This document shows positions 1-16,146 of a stretch of DNA of 64,000 nt, piece by piece. This DNA is from a virus. The position numbers and the translations under genes were made by a program. The DNA lies in the IMG/VR virus record IMGVR_UViG_3300020057_000496, positions 1 through 64,000 of that record, one strand, 5' to 3'. The notes beneath the pieces are model-generated. The model searched no databases. It was not told the DNA's origin and saw nothing but the letters and a program-made list of their open reading frames with translations. Numbering within the stretch: position 1 is the first letter of the stretch; the number at the start of each line of letters is the position of its first letter.

Positions 1-2
1 GG

Positions 3-4675
<4,673 letters not shown>

Positions 4676-4676
<1 letters not shown>

Positions 4677-5533
4677 TGGCCGTATATAAGTTTCTTGACA
4701 TTCCAAGTGCGGCCTCCTTCGAGAATTTCATTCTTAGTTCGAATATAATTTCAGTTACGAACGAAAATAAACTACATCCGGCGAAAAACCTACTGGACCC
4801 CATCAAGTCTAATACGTACCGAACCACGAGCGTCTTCAACGAACGTAACGGATATTTTCAGATAGTTTTCGACTTGGGGTCAGCCAGGCTCCCGACAGTT
4901 TTGGCAATTGTCAATTCGAACATAACGAAAATAACCGGCAGCGGCGCGTACCTCATAGGGGCAACCAACCAGGCCCTGACCACCAGTACTATTGTCTACG
5001 ATGCTTTTCCGCTTTACCAGACGCATACCGGCGTGTTGCGGTGGTACCTGGATACTCCGTCAACGAACCCTCCGGGCGTTGCCAAGCGATACTGGGGCTT
5101 TCGGATGTATCCGAACGACTGGGGGAATAGCTTCACGGGGGACAGCTATTTCGAGTTCGGGAATATATGGCTAGGGGATTACGTAGAGATCAAACATAAC
5201 TACGGCAGTAGCATTTCGCAGTCCGATACGTCAATGAAATCCCTTTCGTTCGGTGGGGCCACTTACGTGGACGAAAATCGACTTGGCCATAAAGTCTCGC
5301 TAAGTATGTCGCTGGTACCGCGCCTGGTTCGTAACGACGTAGTCGCGGGATTCAAGACATACCGGAAAAGTTCACATATTCTATTAGATTTCGAACCATA
5401 CGTGAATGACGTAACGTCCTTAGTTGGCGGACACAACGCTTACTACGGGAAGCTAGGTAACTCCATTAAAAGTTCGATTCAATTCTCTGGTCATGCTGAC
5501 ATGTTCGTTACATTCAATGAGGCGCTAGCTTAA
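4676..5533 (+). CDS. Tail protein (distal-tail-like)
   Basis: Coupled to the TMP stop (TAATG). Shares motifs 'FDLG.AR.P', 'RYW' and 'G...LGDYV.I' with the next gene. Confidence 0.6.
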
Positions 5534-7965
5534 TGGCGGGGTTCGTCAACCCGGTCTCTGGGGCGATTCTGTGGGACAACTTCCTGGCCGATACCGGAGT
5601 GTCCGTAATCTCGTCTCCGTCAAATCTATCGACACTGACGCCTAAAAAGAACCTCCTAGTCCAGAATCGTGCATCCGTCGTCCTCTTGACCAGTAACGCT
5701 GGCGGGTCGTTTGTGTTCGATCTTGGATATGCTCGTCGCCCCAGGGCCGTAGCCTTCGTTGACAATAACGCCGTTATTTCCGGGGTGTCGAGTGCTAATC
5801 AGTGGTCACTGGTAGGGGCCGACGACAGTGGTATGTCGGCGAATGTTGTCTCGTGGCAATTTTCTCTTTACAGTAATGACGTAACACGTTTTTATATTGG
5901 ACCAGACACGCTCGCTGGGTATAGCACGTTCTCGACCGGCAACGACATAGGGGTCGGAATTAACACGGACAGTGTAGGTAGGATAATCATAGGGAGTCGT
6001 GTGTCCGGGTTCTTCCGTGAGATCAGGTTCCTTTCGGACGGGGAGCTAGATACATCATTCGGCAGTGGCAACGGCTACGTAGATACGGCCATGACCGGGA
6101 CTACCGAGCTGATGTATTACGAATTTAAGGATTCTGCCGGCAGGCGCGTCGCCGTCGGCAGTAGTGTGGTTGACGATACTGTCGTGAGCGACGCTGGACT
6201 AAATCTAATGTTCGGCGGAACTGGAGTCGAGATAGACGGCGGCAGCGACCTCTATATGGGGGCGACTGTTGACCCAACACGCGAGGCGGTATGGATTCCC
6301 CTGCCTAGCGTCTCGATAACACAGTTTTATGTCGCGTCGAGCCTGGCGCCGGGGACGGGCGAAACATACGTCTTTACGGTCTACAAGAATGCGGACGCGA
6401 CGGCAATGGCGGCAACCATCTCTAGTTCGGGGACTTCGTCGAGCTACACTGGATCAATTGCCTTTGCCGCAGGTGACAAGTTCTCTGTTAGAATCGTTTC
6501 GTCGGCAGGTGCGAGCACTGGTTTCGTGACATACTCGGCAAGTGCCGGAGAAACGGCTGCGTCGGCCGGCACTAAGGGTTTGATTGGCGTTTTTAGTAAC
6601 GACGGCACTCTCGATACCGCATTTCATGTTGACGGACAGAATACCTTCACCGTTTCCGCCGACGCATTCGTGTACGCAAAACACGGCGTCCAGCAAACTA
6701 CCGGTCACTACGTAGTGACCGGCTCGCACGGCAGTAGTTCCTCTAGTTCGTATTTCTTTTTCTATCGCTGTACCTCCACTGGCGGGACTGAGACCAATCT
6801 GGCGGACCTGTCATTTTCGTTGACTCCGTTTACCGCTACCGGTGGGGCGGTAGATTCCAACGATAAGCCGCTCATCATTGGAACAAGCGGAGGCCTGTTT
6901 ACCTCGGCGAAGATGGCGATCGCTCGCGCGCTTAGTAACATAACGGCGCTGGACACTACGTTCAGTGGAGACGGAAAATACGAACATCAATTCAATCTTT
7001 CCGTCCTTAATATAACTATCGGCGAGGCCCTAGCAATCCAGAGTGATGGTAAAATCGTAGCAGTAGGGAGCACTTTAGTAGACAACGTCACGGATGGGAG
7101 TATCTCTCTTGCTTGGGGGGTCATTAGACTTACGTCGGCCGGAGTTCTGGATACTTCCTTTGCTACGAACGGGGAGTTTGTCTACAACTGGGGAACGGGG
7201 GGTCAGGCTAAGTGCGTCGTAATACTGAGTGACGGATCGATCCTCATAGGCGGGTCGGGTGTCCTTAACGGCGTCCCGTGTATTGCTTTGATCAAACTAA
7301 AATCTTCCGGCCTCATCGACACGTCATTTGGTGATAATGGAGTAGCGACATTGTCGGCTGGGGCAGCTAATGCATATATTGAGGCGATACATATTCTTTC
7401 TACCGGTAAAATACTGTGCACGGGGGTATTCGAGAGCTACCTGGATGTAAGTAACAGCGTATTCGTCGCACGATTCAACTCTGACGGATCACTGGACTCT
7501 ACGTTCGCGGCCGACGGGCCGAACGCCGGGCGTCGTTATTGGCAGTTGAACATCGGGACAACTAATTCAAGTCCGGCACACGGCAAGGTTGGCTATTTCT
7601 TCTTGGGTGACTATGTCGATATCAGGCCAGAGCCGGGGGCTACTGTTACATACAGTGATGAAAGTAACGTTTTCGAGACAAGAGCGGGTGTAGAATACTG
7701 CGACATTATGCCAATCTCGCGCGACTGTGATTTCGCCATCGAAGATGCCACTAAGGCTGAATTGACAGCCTTGCGGACAATGGCAAAGAGTGTCGGCAAT
7801 CACAGGCCGATTATACTTGACTTAATGGCGAATTCAGGGAATAATGAAGACGTCCAGACAGGAACAATTTACGGACACCTAGATAAGTCCGGTTACTTCA
7901 GTATAGACCTACGAGCCGCCCAGACGGACAACATCAAGATCAAAGTAAAAGAATCCACCGAGTAA
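5533..7965 (+). CDS. Tail protein with inserted delta-60 (DUF5122-like) beta-propeller repeats
   Basis: Repeated 'G.LDTSFG..G' and 'A.AIQSDGKIVAVG' units. N- and C-termini are paralogous to the 4676 gene. Confidence 0.7.
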   Translation: MAGFVNPVSGAILWDNFLADTGVSVISSPSNLSTLTPKKNLLVQNRASVVLLTSNAGGSFVFDLGYARRPRAVAFVDNNAVISGVSSANQWSLVGADDSGMSANVVSWQFSLYSNDVTRFYIGPDTLAGYSTFSTGNDIGVGINTDSVGRIIIGSRVSGFFREIRFLSDGELDTSFGSGNGYVDTAMTGTTELMYYEFKDSAGRRVAVGSSVVDDTVVSDAGLNLMFGGTGVEIDGGSDLYMGATVDPTREAVWIPLPSVSITQFYVASSLAPGTGETYVFTVYKNADATAMAATISSSGTSSSYTGSIAFAAGDKFSVRIVSSAGASTGFVTYSASAGETAASAGTKGLIGVFSNDGTLDTAFHVDGQNTFTVSADAFVYAKHGVQQTTGHYVVTGSHGSSSSSSYFFFYRCTSTGGTETNLADLSFSLTPFTATGGAVDSNDKPLIIGTSGGLFTSAKMAIARALSNITALDTTFSGDGKYEHQFNLSVLNITIGEALAIQSDGKIVAVGSTLVDNVTDGSISLAWGVIRLTSAGVLDTSFATNGEFVYNWGTGGQAKCVVILSDGSILIGGSGVLNGVPCIALIKLKSSGLIDTSFGDNGVATLSAGAANAYIEAIHILSTGKILCTGVFESYLDVSNSVFVARFNSDGSLDSTFAADGPNAGRRYWQLNIGTTNSSPAHGKVGYFFLGDYVDIRPEPGATVTYSDESNVFETRAGVEYCDIMPISRDCDFAIEDATKAELTALRTMAKSVGNHRPIILDLMANSGNNEDVQTGTIYGHLDKSGYFSIDLRAAQTDNIKIKVKESTE

Positions 7966-10900
7966 ATGTCTCAAAAATACAACGTCTTCTATTCATCTCA
8001 GGACAGCATTCATACTGAATGTTTTAGGTTTAGCCTTTCGTCGGCTGAGTCGTTTACCCCCGAACCACAGGGGGTAAGTATAGAAATTACGAGCATCCCG
8101 ACAGGGAATTACGCCGGGCAGTACGTGGTCGTCGCAAAGTCCGGCCTACCTACTTGGTACGGCGTAGTAACGCACCAAGTAGACGCAACACATCTGTACG
8201 TAGTCCCTATTCAGTCAAGCGCAGATACCGGGAATATATTCCAGGCATACGCAAGCCCCACCACCGTCACTAGCGAGAAACAACCGCACGTCACGCTCAG
8301 TATAGACCTGTCGGACGCGCCGGACGGCACGTATACGTACGTCATCGCCGGGTCGTGCTCGATAGCTAGTTCGAAGTCTGGAAGTGGCGGTGTTGTCAGG
8401 CCGTCCTTCTTACGGAATTGCAAGCCGGGGGATATCTTTTCTAACGACGAACCGCGCTTCCTGGGGCGCTATCACTTCAATAACGGCTCGTACGTCGCGT
8501 CCCGCGAGACGCTTGAGGACACTTACCTCTATAATATCGCCCATTCGGTCACGCTTGCTGCTGGCAGCGTAACTGAATTCCATATCGCGGCCGAAGCCAC
8601 ATCGACCTCGGTGGGGTCGTGCTGGTTGCGTCAAGGCCGACTTGCGGCGTTCCGTGTCGGGGCAAAGCAAGAAGTAGATGGAAGTCTTGACACTACCGGG
8701 GTCAGTTCGTCTGGTGGCTGGGTAGTCGGATCGACAATCACGTTGAGTTCGACTGACGACTACATGATCCTGGCATGTGCTGCCGGCGGACACGGCTCCA
8801 TTGCCGTCGGTGGTTGTCAGATGAGACTGACCATCGGCGGCGTTACCTGGCAAGAAGTTACCTTTCTACCACCAGCAACGAATTCACTTATCTCGTTTGG
8901 CGCCTGGATTTGGCGACCGGCCCTTGCGTCTGGTACGGTCTTGGATCTCTCCGTTAATAACGCCGGAAGTGATACTGCGACTATGGACAGGATGTATCTG
9001 GTTGCTATTCCGATGTCCGGACAAACTGGGTACGGGTTTGACTATTCCTCTAGTGGGTTCTTGTCATCTCATAATTTTACAGATACGAACTCCACGAGTA
9101 CGCTGATATGGAATGAGGGGATTGCTTCCGGCACACATACCCCCGTTAATCGTAAATATATCGAAGTTATTAATACGAACGTACGTAAGGCTGCCGGTGA
9201 CAATCGGGCGTTTGCTCGTCCTGTTTTCCGAGACGGACTATCTACGGGCGTCGCCGACCGTGGATATGTTGGTCCAGGCATAGCGCAATGGAAGGGGTTC
9301 TGGTTTGCACGAACAAATCCTTACCTGGCCGGAACCACGACTAATGCAATCGAAACTCGTGCGGCCGTAGACGACGGTAACAATGTTAAATTAACGAATA
9401 CATTTTTCCTATTCCTGCCGGAATATGGCGAACTAATTCCAGACGAGCTAACGCCGACGACGATCATTGCCGACGTAGAGTCCGGCCTGCAGTTCAAGTC
9501 GTGGAACCTGCATACCACGAGCGTTTATAAGCGGATTATTGCGGACATAGCGTTGGTCTCGCGCGTCCTCCGGAACACGGCCGAGCTGACGGAGCTGGCA
9601 ACGAAGCCGGTTGATGCAGCAGCCTGGAGTAGTACCGCCACTGACTCTTGGTATTGGGATCTCGGCGAGATGACGATATACGTCAAGGTCGCCTCGTCTC
9701 CGGCAAATGACGATCAAACATTGATTGTCGTGGCGCTGGACACCTACGGCCGTACGTCAGAAATCCTTTACGACACGGACGGAACGTTGATTCCTTATGA
9801 ATCCAGGCTCCAGAGGATTCCGGGCCTACAGCAGGACGTTCAGGCGCGCGGGACGCAGAGTCAGACCTCCAGTACTCTCGGATCTATTGTTATTTCGGCG
9901 GCTGACAGAAAGTTCGATAAGAGAATTACTAGCCGCATCTACGAGGGCCTGCGAGTAACTGTCCGACGTGGGTACTCTTCGCTGTCCAAGAGTCTCGACG
10001 GGTTCCATGTAATCGCGAAAGGCATCATGGGGATGCCCAGGATGGACACGAGCAGGCTAGAGCTAAAACTCTACGATACCGGCGTAATTCTAAATCGGGC
10101 ACTGGACGATACGACGATCTCTGTCTATCGCGGAGCCGTACAGACGGTAGGCCAGGCACTGCCGGTCATCTACGGAACTCTGAAGCGCGTCCCGGCATTC
10201 CGGGTAACGCATTTCGGCACGCCCGTTAATGGCATTACCAAGAATACATATAAGATAGCGTCGCATTACCTGAAAAGTATAGATGCAATGTACCTGAACG
10301 GCACAACCTCTACGGCGACGACGATGACGAACACCTATCCAGCTAGCGCCGCCTTTACTGGTGTCTTATATGATTCGGGGGCTACGGACAACGGTTGGAA
10401 CGCCGACGTTGTATACGTTGATGTGACTGGCCATACATCCGATAATGTATATACCGGAACGCTCATGCAGAACCCCGGAGACATCGCCAAGCACCTCCTG
10501 CAGAACTACCCCCGTGTCAAGTCCGACCAGGTTGGCGGATTTGCAACTACGGACGTTATCACTTCCGGTCCTACCATAACGGCCGCAGTGTTCAATATCA
10601 ACGTAGCTAGCAGCGCGGCGTTCTCGATTGGGGACGTCATAAAGATTCGTGAGGGTGCGAACTCCAATCGGTGCTATGTTTACGCCAAGCCCAGCGGTGT
10701 ATCAATTAGTGTAGCAACTTTGTATTATACCGATGACGCCGCCGTGGGGACGGCGTATACGACGGCGGCCGACGTAGATCTCGTTGAGAAGTCCGGCGGG
10801 ATGGCGAGTACGATGCTCCATACCGAATCGTTCCGGCTCCTGGACCGGAAGTGGCGCAAGAAGCTTTCGGCTGGATTTCTTGTCCGCCGGTCCCCTCCCC

Positions 10901-13900
10901 TAATTGGGGCATTCCTGACCGACAGTGAGTCCGTCTCGGCGGCGCTGAACAAGATCGCCAGCTATACGTTTTCGTACTGGTACGTCAATCGACTGGGGCG
11001 TGTTGCAATGGGCGTCTCGGATTTTGACGCGTCGAACGAAATAGAGAATCCGGGATTTGAGGACTTCCCGAGTGTCTCGACTCACCCGTTCAGGGGCCTG
11101 AATAACATAGACGGCCGCACTGCGCAGGGTATCTTGACGCTTACGGCAAACAAGAAGTTCGAAGGACTGTTTTCACTCAAGCTCGAAAATAAAACGGGCA
11201 ACTTCGAGGCTAATCCAAACGCACGGCACCTAGCTCCCGTCTCGATGCCACGTAGTGGCCTGTATGCCGTAACGGCATTAGTTGCGCTGGATACCGGGAA
11301 CGGCCAGGCAGTAAGGCTGGGCATCTCTGGGCCGGGAGACAGCCGAAACGTAGCAGTGTCAGCCCCGGTCCAGGCCGTATCCGAAGAATGGCGTCGAGTC
11401 ACGACGTACATCGATACCGGGCGAGGGAATGCCGGGACTGGGGTCATCCGCGCTTACGTCTATAATCCGGCCCCGATTGCGCCACCGACGATCCAGGGGG
11501 TTACATTAACTCATTGGCTTAAGGCAGACGAGCCTAATTCTACATTCGAACTGCCTAAAGATAACGCCATTATGGATAATTGGTACAACAAGGGCAGCGT
11601 CGGCGGAAGTTTCGTGAAGGGCACAGGCAGTGCCCCACGTTATGTTCTCGACTACTGCCTTGGCCGTCCGGGCATTAGGTTCGATTCGGTCATCGATACG
11701 ATGCTTCAGTATACGACTGGGCCAACCTCCCAGTATACACTATTTTTGGTATATTCCTTGAGTGATACCTACTCAGATGCGCGCCGGGTAGCCTTCGGTG
11801 GGATTGGGGCCGGCGCTAATGATCTCTACCTTGGCGTAAAGAGCGGAGTTCCGAACTACACGCTTGAAGTAACTGACGGGACCGCCAGCACGACTACCAG
11901 CGATACGATCACGGCAAATGTTAATATCCTGAAGGTGCATACCGTCAGGGTCTCGGCGACTGGTCTTCAGTACTGGCTGAATGGAGTCTCGGCCGGGACG
12001 CAGACTCAGACGCCCGTCCTGGACATTGTGATGCAGATAGGTAACTCCGCAAGCGGGCTCAACGGTGTCGTCTGTGAATTAATGATTTACAACAAGGCGC
12101 TCAGCGCGGCGAACAGGCGAGCCGTTGAGTCCTATTTAAAACAGAAATACGGCATAGACGCGGCGTCTATTTACATCGACAACGTCGAGGTAACTCCGAT
12201 TGCCGGAGTGATCGACGACATTAACGCAGACTCACTGCCACTGGAATTCCGTGACGAGATCTACCCGGAAGTTCGGGTAACGTTCGACGTTAATCTACAA
12301 GATACTGGGCGGGCCATTGCGACTTTCGTCTCGGATACTTCCGCAAAGGGGTTAACGACTGCCGTAAGTGAAGGAAAAAACGCCATACTGACCTCCGCTC
12401 AACTTGATCTTGGCACGCCTACCCTTGTCGATTCGGCGTCCGCCGGTGGCGTTGGGGCCGCGCTGGTCGCCTACTTCGGGCGTCTCCGGTATTTTATCAA
12501 AATCAAGACGATCTGTCCCTATGACTTCATTCCGGACGTTGGGATGAAGCTACTTGACATCGGGATGACGCGACTGCCTACCACGAACGACGGCTATCCG
12601 TTGTTTTCGATCACAATGGTAGACTACAACGAAGAGAATGCCGTCCAGTTAGGGCTGGAAGTCGAGGCACAAGTGGACCCCATCATGGACAGGGGTAATA
12701 TTGTCCAGGACAGCCTGCCGCTAGGGGCCGTCTTCGTTACGCTGGACACGCTGGCCACGCCTACTTACGTTACGAGTTTACAGTTTCAAGAAATCCTTGA
12801 ACTTAGTGACAGATTCGTCATGGGGGACTCGGCGACTGACATGATAACGGAGCGCGGGGACCTTTTCCATACACATACGCTTTCGCACAGCCATAATATC
12901 GCGAGCCATTTACATACATTTACAATCGACTCAGTCGGCACCGAATCGGTCCTATGGGGAGATTACGACGCGCGTAACCTATTCGGGCTTGCTGCGTCTG
13001 CTGCGCGAGGATTAGATTCCGGTAGCCATACGCATTCCGGCTCCGGTTCTGGGTACAGCACCGACCTGGCTAGCGGCAACAGTGGACTCGCTACGACTAC
13101 CTTGACGTCTATCCCCGGAACGATCCTTCCGGCGTTTATTCGTGCTCGTTTTATGCGACATAATTACGACGCGGGGCTTTCGACAACTTATCTTCCGACG
13201 ACAATCTACTGTATGTTCGAGTCAGGCACTCTTCCGACAGGATGGACAAGGAAAGCTGAATTCAACGGATATTACTTGCGCGGCGCGACCACGGAGACCG
13301 CCATCGTTGCGAGCGCGACCAGCGCGACCTTCACGCCGACTGACACCGGCAGTACCTTGAGCCTTTCGACCCTGGCCGATATCCAGAAGATGAATCGTGG
13401 CAAGCGGTTGACCGTGACGAACACGACTTCGGGGACGAAGAAGTTCAACGTAGTCGTAGAATTCGTCGATGAGGCTACGTCAAGCGTAATAGTTTACCCA
13501 CTGCACGAGTCCGGCGATACCGCTAACGTGGCAGTTCTTACTGCCAACACTACAGTTGCAGCCGATACGGAGATTGCCGGGACCACGTTCCCAACTGGCG
13601 GGGGTGCCGCACCTACCCATGACCACGGCGACAGTGTCGCGTCGCACACCCATGCCGCCCCACATCAACACGACATGACGGCGAATTTCTTATCGGATGG
13701 ACCTACTCCTTCAGTTGACATTATCGACGGACCGCAGAATCTTCTGGCGAACACCACTCACCAACATACCGTCACTGAAGGCCAGACCCCGAACACTACC
13801 GGTGGTAGTATCGGTAATGCGACAGGCGGAACGTTCACCGATACACAGTCCCAGCCGGACGGCTATGGTTTGATCTTCATGCAGTCTCCGGCAACGAACC

Positions 13901-14319
13901 GTCTTATTCCGACGGGTGCTATTATCTTCTTCGACGGAGCCGCCTGTCCGGCCGGCTATACGCACTTCGCCGCTGCCGACGATCTCTTGATTTACGGGAC
14001 TAGTGGAAGTACCGCTGCCGCCACTGTCGGTGGACACACGCATACCTTCACGGCAAACTCGCATACGTTCTCACACAATCACGGTGGCGCGATGACGCTA
14101 AGTACTGATCCAATGCTGGACCTGAGTGACGCACAAACTGGTAGCGTTGTGGAGGACACTACACATGCGAACGTTTCCCCATTTGGCCACAGCCACGACG
14201 TAACCGCGACCGTCGCGACAACCGCCCCCACCCTGGATGCAAAAACACTAGTGGCCACCAGTGCGGCGAATGTCAAGATACCACTACACAAGAAGCTCCT
14301 TTTATGTAAGAAGGATTAA
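7966..14319 (+). CDS. Large tail/baseplate-fibre protein with carbohydrate-binding/LamG-like domains and C-terminal HxH-repeat (tail collar/needle) segments
   Basis: 'ALPVIYG' tail-tip motif; 'NPGFE' CBM-like start; LamG-like 'E.MIYNKALS...R.AVESYL..KYG'; three 'P.G....P.G' collar-like units followed by many HTH/HSH motifs. Confidence 0.7.
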   Translation: MSQKYNVFYSSQDSIHTECFRFSLSSAESFTPEPQGVSIEITSIPTGNYAGQYVVVAKSGLPTWYGVVTHQVDATHLYVVPIQSSADTGNIFQAYASPTTVTSEKQPHVTLSIDLSDAPDGTYTYVIAGSCSIASSKSGSGGVVRPSFLRNCKPGDIFSNDEPRFLGRYHFNNGSYVASRETLEDTYLYNIAHSVTLAAGSVTEFHIAAEATSTSVGSCWLRQGRLAAFRVGAKQEVDGSLDTTGVSSSGGWVVGSTITLSSTDDYMILACAAGGHGSIAVGGCQMRLTIGGVTWQEVTFLPPATNSLISFGAWIWRPALASGTVLDLSVNNAGSDTATMDRMYLVAIPMSGQTGYGFDYSSSGFLSSHNFTDTNSTSTLIWNEGIASGTHTPVNRKYIEVINTNVRKAAGDNRAFARPVFRDGLSTGVADRGYVGPGIAQWKGFWFARTNPYLAGTTTNAIETRAAVDDGNNVKLTNTFFLFLPEYGELIPDELTPTTIIADVESGLQFKSWNLHTTSVYKRIIADIALVSRVLRNTAELTELATKPVDAAAWSSTATDSWYWDLGEMTIYVKVASSPANDDQTLIVVALDTYGRTSEILYDTDGTLIPYESRLQRIPGLQQDVQARGTQSQTSSTLGSIVISAADRKFDKRITSRIYEGLRVTVRRGYSSLSKSLDGFHVIAKGIMGMPRMDTSRLELKLYDTGVILNRALDDTTISVYRGAVQTVGQALPVIYGTLKRVPAFRVTHFGTPVNGITKNTYKIASHYLKSIDAMYLNGTTSTATTMTNTYPASAAFTGVLYDSGATDNGWNADVVYVDVTGHTSDNVYTGTLMQNPGDIAKHLLQNYPRVKSDQVGGFATTDVITSGPTITAAVFNINVASSAAFSIGDVIKIREGANSNRCYVYAKPSGVSISVATLYYTDDAAVGTAYTTAADVDLVEKSGGMASTMLHTESFRLLDRKWRKKLSAGFLVRRSPPLIGAFLTDSESVSAALNKIASYTFSYWYVNRLGRVAMGVSDFDASNEIENPGFEDFPSVSTHPFRGLNNIDGRTAQGILTLTANKKFEGLFSLKLENKTGNFEANPNARHLAPVSMPRSGLYAVTALVALDTGNGQAVRLGISGPGDSRNVAVSAPVQAVSEEWRRVTTYIDTGRGNAGTGVIRAYVYNPAPIAPPTIQGVTLTHWLKADEPNSTFELPKDNAIMDNWYNKGSVGGSFVKGTGSAPRYVLDYCLGRPGIRFDSVIDTMLQYTTGPTSQYTLFLVYSLSDTYSDARRVAFGGIGAGANDLYLGVKSGVPNYTLEVTDGTASTTTSDTITANVNILKVHTVRVSATGLQYWLNGVSAGTQTQTPVLDIVMQIGNSASGLNGVVCELMIYNKALSAANRRAVESYLKQKYGIDAASIYIDNVEVTPIAGVIDDINADSLPLEFRDEIYPEVRVTFDVNLQDTGRAIATFVSDTSAKGLTTAVSEGKNAILTSAQLDLGTPTLVDSASAGGVGAALVAYFGRLRYFIKIKTICPYDFIPDVGMKLLDIGMTRLPTTNDGYPLFSITMVDYNEENAVQLGLEVEAQVDPIMDRGNIVQDSLPLGAVFVTLDTLATPTYVTSLQFQEILELSDRFVMGDSATDMITERGDLFHTHTLSHSHNIASHLHTFTIDSVGTESVLWGDYDARNLFGLAASAARGLDSGSHTHSGSGSGYSTDLASGNSGLATTTLTSIPGTILPAFIRARFMRHNYDAGLSTTYLPTTIYCMFESGTLPTGWTRKAEFNGYYLRGATTETAIVASATSATFTPTDTGSTLSLSTLADIQKMNRGKRLTVTNTTSGTKKFNVVVEFVDEATSSVIVYPLHESGDTANVAVLTANTTVAADTEIAGTTFPTGGGAAPTHDHGDSVASHTHAAPHQHDMTANFLSDGPTPSVDIIDGPQNLLANTTHQHTVTEGQTPNTTGGSIGNATGGTFTDTQSQPDGYGLIFMQSPATNRLIPTGAIIFFDGAACPAGYTHFAAADDLLIYGTSGSTAAATVGGHTHTFTANSHTFSHNHGGAMTLSTDPMLDLSDAQTGSVVEDTTHANVSPFGHSHDVTATVATTAPTLDAKTLVATSAANVKIPLHKKLLLCKKD

Positions 14320-14322
14320 CAC

Positions 14323-14595
14323 ATGCGTTATATTTTTTATTACGAACACGGCTGCTTGGTTTGCTCCGAAGTCGAATCCGTCCTGGAAAGCTGGCTCCCT
14401 AAACAGTACCGTAAAATACGCTATAGTAAATCACATATACCCGGTAAGAGCGTTATTCACCTTCCGGACGGCCCGGAAGTTGTCGATTCCGAAACTATCC
14501 CGGCCGTGCCAGCACTTTACGACCAGGCTGCCCAGACACTTTACGTCGGGGACCGCAGTATCTATGGATTCCTACGGGTAGAAGGCGAGGCTTGA
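14323..14595 (+). CDS. Small thioredoxin/glutaredoxin-like protein
   Basis: CLVC motif after a beta strand; 'IPAVP' cis-Pro-like motif; paralogous to the 15202 ORF. Confidence 0.5.
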   Translation: MRYIFYYEHGCLVCSEVESVLESWLPKQYRKIRYSKSHIPGKSVIHLPDGPEVVDSETIPAVPALYDQAAQTLYVGDRSIYGFLRVEGEA

Positions 14596-14709
14596 ATCGT
14601 TGAACTTTCTGTCCGGACCGTGCCATACTGGAGGTGAATTGACGAAAGCCGAGCGCAAGCAAATCGAGGCAGTCCTTGAGGACTGAACTCGACTCAATTC
14701 CGGTTAAAA

Positions 14710-15150
14710 ATGATCCAGAGAATAAACGTCTATAGCTATCTCGAAATGAGGGATGCCTTGCCGTTCCTTGCGGAGGACGCCAAGATAGTCGGTTGTGCCG
14801 ACACCGGCAACTTCCTTGCTCCGCTGTTCAGTTCGGACAGCCACAAGTTACTGCTTGTCTTCGACGACTGTCTGCCAGGTGCGGACCCGCAACTGCCGAT
14901 GAGCGCCGAGCAGGCGCTGCAGGTGGTTCGATATTTGTCTGAGTTGATAGACACGCGCGTACGCCACGACCTGCACGTACATTGTGTCGAAGGACAAGCC
15001 AGGAGTGCGGCTGTCGCCAAGGTCGCGGCATTTATGTCCGGGCTGGAGGCTAAGTACATCACGTCCACGAACCAACTTAACCCAAATCAACATGTCGAGA
15101 CGCTCCTCATAAGGGTCTATCGTGACGTGGTCGTAGGTGGCGTGGCTTGA
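14710..15150 (+). CDS. Cys-dependent protein tyrosine/dual-specificity phosphatase-like protein
   Basis: HCVEGQARS matches HCxxGxxRS; upstream 'FDD' acid loop; 'PN.HV' tail. Confidence 0.75.
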   Translation: MIQRINVYSYLEMRDALPFLAEDAKIVGCADTGNFLAPLFSSDSHKLLLVFDDCLPGADPQLPMSAEQALQVVRYLSELIDTRVRHDLHVHCVEGQARSAAVAKVAAFMSGLEAKYITSTNQLNPNQHVETLLIRVYRDVVVGGVA

Positions 15151-15201
15151 GTATTTTTTATTTCGAACCTCCTGATCAAAAATTGCGCCCTTGGTCACTT
15201 T

Positions 15202-15555
15202 ATGGATAACACCGATTCGGGCACGACGGACGACCAGTCATTATTCGACTACACGCCGCCCAATCGAAAAATACTTATATTATTTTTTCGAACAGACTGT
15301 GAGTTCTGCTCGGAAGCCATGTCGCTTTGTGACGAGGTCACGTTAGTTAAGATTGTCCACTACCAAGTATTTCAATCCAGGATAGAGGGAAAAGTAGAGA
15401 TCCGGCCGTTCGGGCAGCGCCTGGAGGGGTTGCCGCTACTGGTAGACGAGCACGAAATTCCAGAAGTCCCGTGCCTCCTGGACCCAGTCTTGGGCCAGAT
15501 GGTGCTCGGCGTCGCCGGGATTGAGAAATACCTGGAGGACGTCGGCCTTGTTTGA
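15202..15555 (+). CDS. Thioredoxin/glutaredoxin-like protein
   Basis: 'LFFRTDCEFC' CxxC and 'IPEVP'. Confidence 0.55.
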   Translation: MDNTDSGTTDDQSLFDYTPPNRKILILFFRTDCEFCSEAMSLCDEVTLVKIVHYQVFQSRIEGKVEIRPFGQRLEGLPLLVDEHEIPEVPCLLDPVLGQMVLGVAGIEKYLEDVGLV

Positions 15556-15624
15556 TTCTTCACGGGGTAGCCTGTCAAAATATAGTAATAGAGTTACCAC
15601 ATGCACCCATAGGCAAATTATACT

Positions 15625-16146
15625 ATGAAGTACGATTTTCCCGCACAGCGCTGGCTTCCGGCCATACAGGCACACGCAGACAAGTACGAGATTGATCCGT
15701 ATGTTATAGCTGCCATTATTACACAAGAAAGTGGCGGGCAATACCTATTGCCTGACGGTAGCTGTAATAATTATGCCATAAGGGTAGAAAAAGGATTCTG
15801 GCGAAACTATCTTACTGGAATCATGCGTTACGTAAGAAGCACGAAGACCCCGCATGACGACAGGTGGGCGAAGTATCCGGACATATACGCATGTAGTTAC
15901 GGCCTTGGTCAGATCATGCTACAGACCGCGTTCGAGAATGGCCTTACCTGTATCTTCCCGACTGAGTTGTGTGACCCAGATACGAACATTAACTTGATAT
16001 GTAAGATAATGTCAAAGAATTTAAGATTGAGTGGACATAGTATGAGTAGGGCGCTTTTGCGATATAACGGCGGCGGCGATCTCGAATACCCAGCACACGT
16101 CCTGGCGCATCGGCAGAAGCTTGTTGATGGAAGGGTGTTCGAATAA
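15625..16146 (+). CDS. Endolysin, SLT-family lytic transglycosylase
   Basis: 'AAIITQESGG', 'GLGQIM', 'L.DPDTNI' and 'ALLRYNGG' motifs. Confidence 0.88.
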   Translation: MKYDFPAQRWLPAIQAHADKYEIDPYVIAAIITQESGGQYLLPDGSCNNYAIRVEKGFWRNYLTGIMRYVRSTKTPHDDRWAKYPDIYACSYGLGQIMLQTAFENGLTCIFPTELCDPDTNINLICKIMSKNLRLSGHSMSRALLRYNGGGDLEYPAHVLAHRQKLVDGRVFE

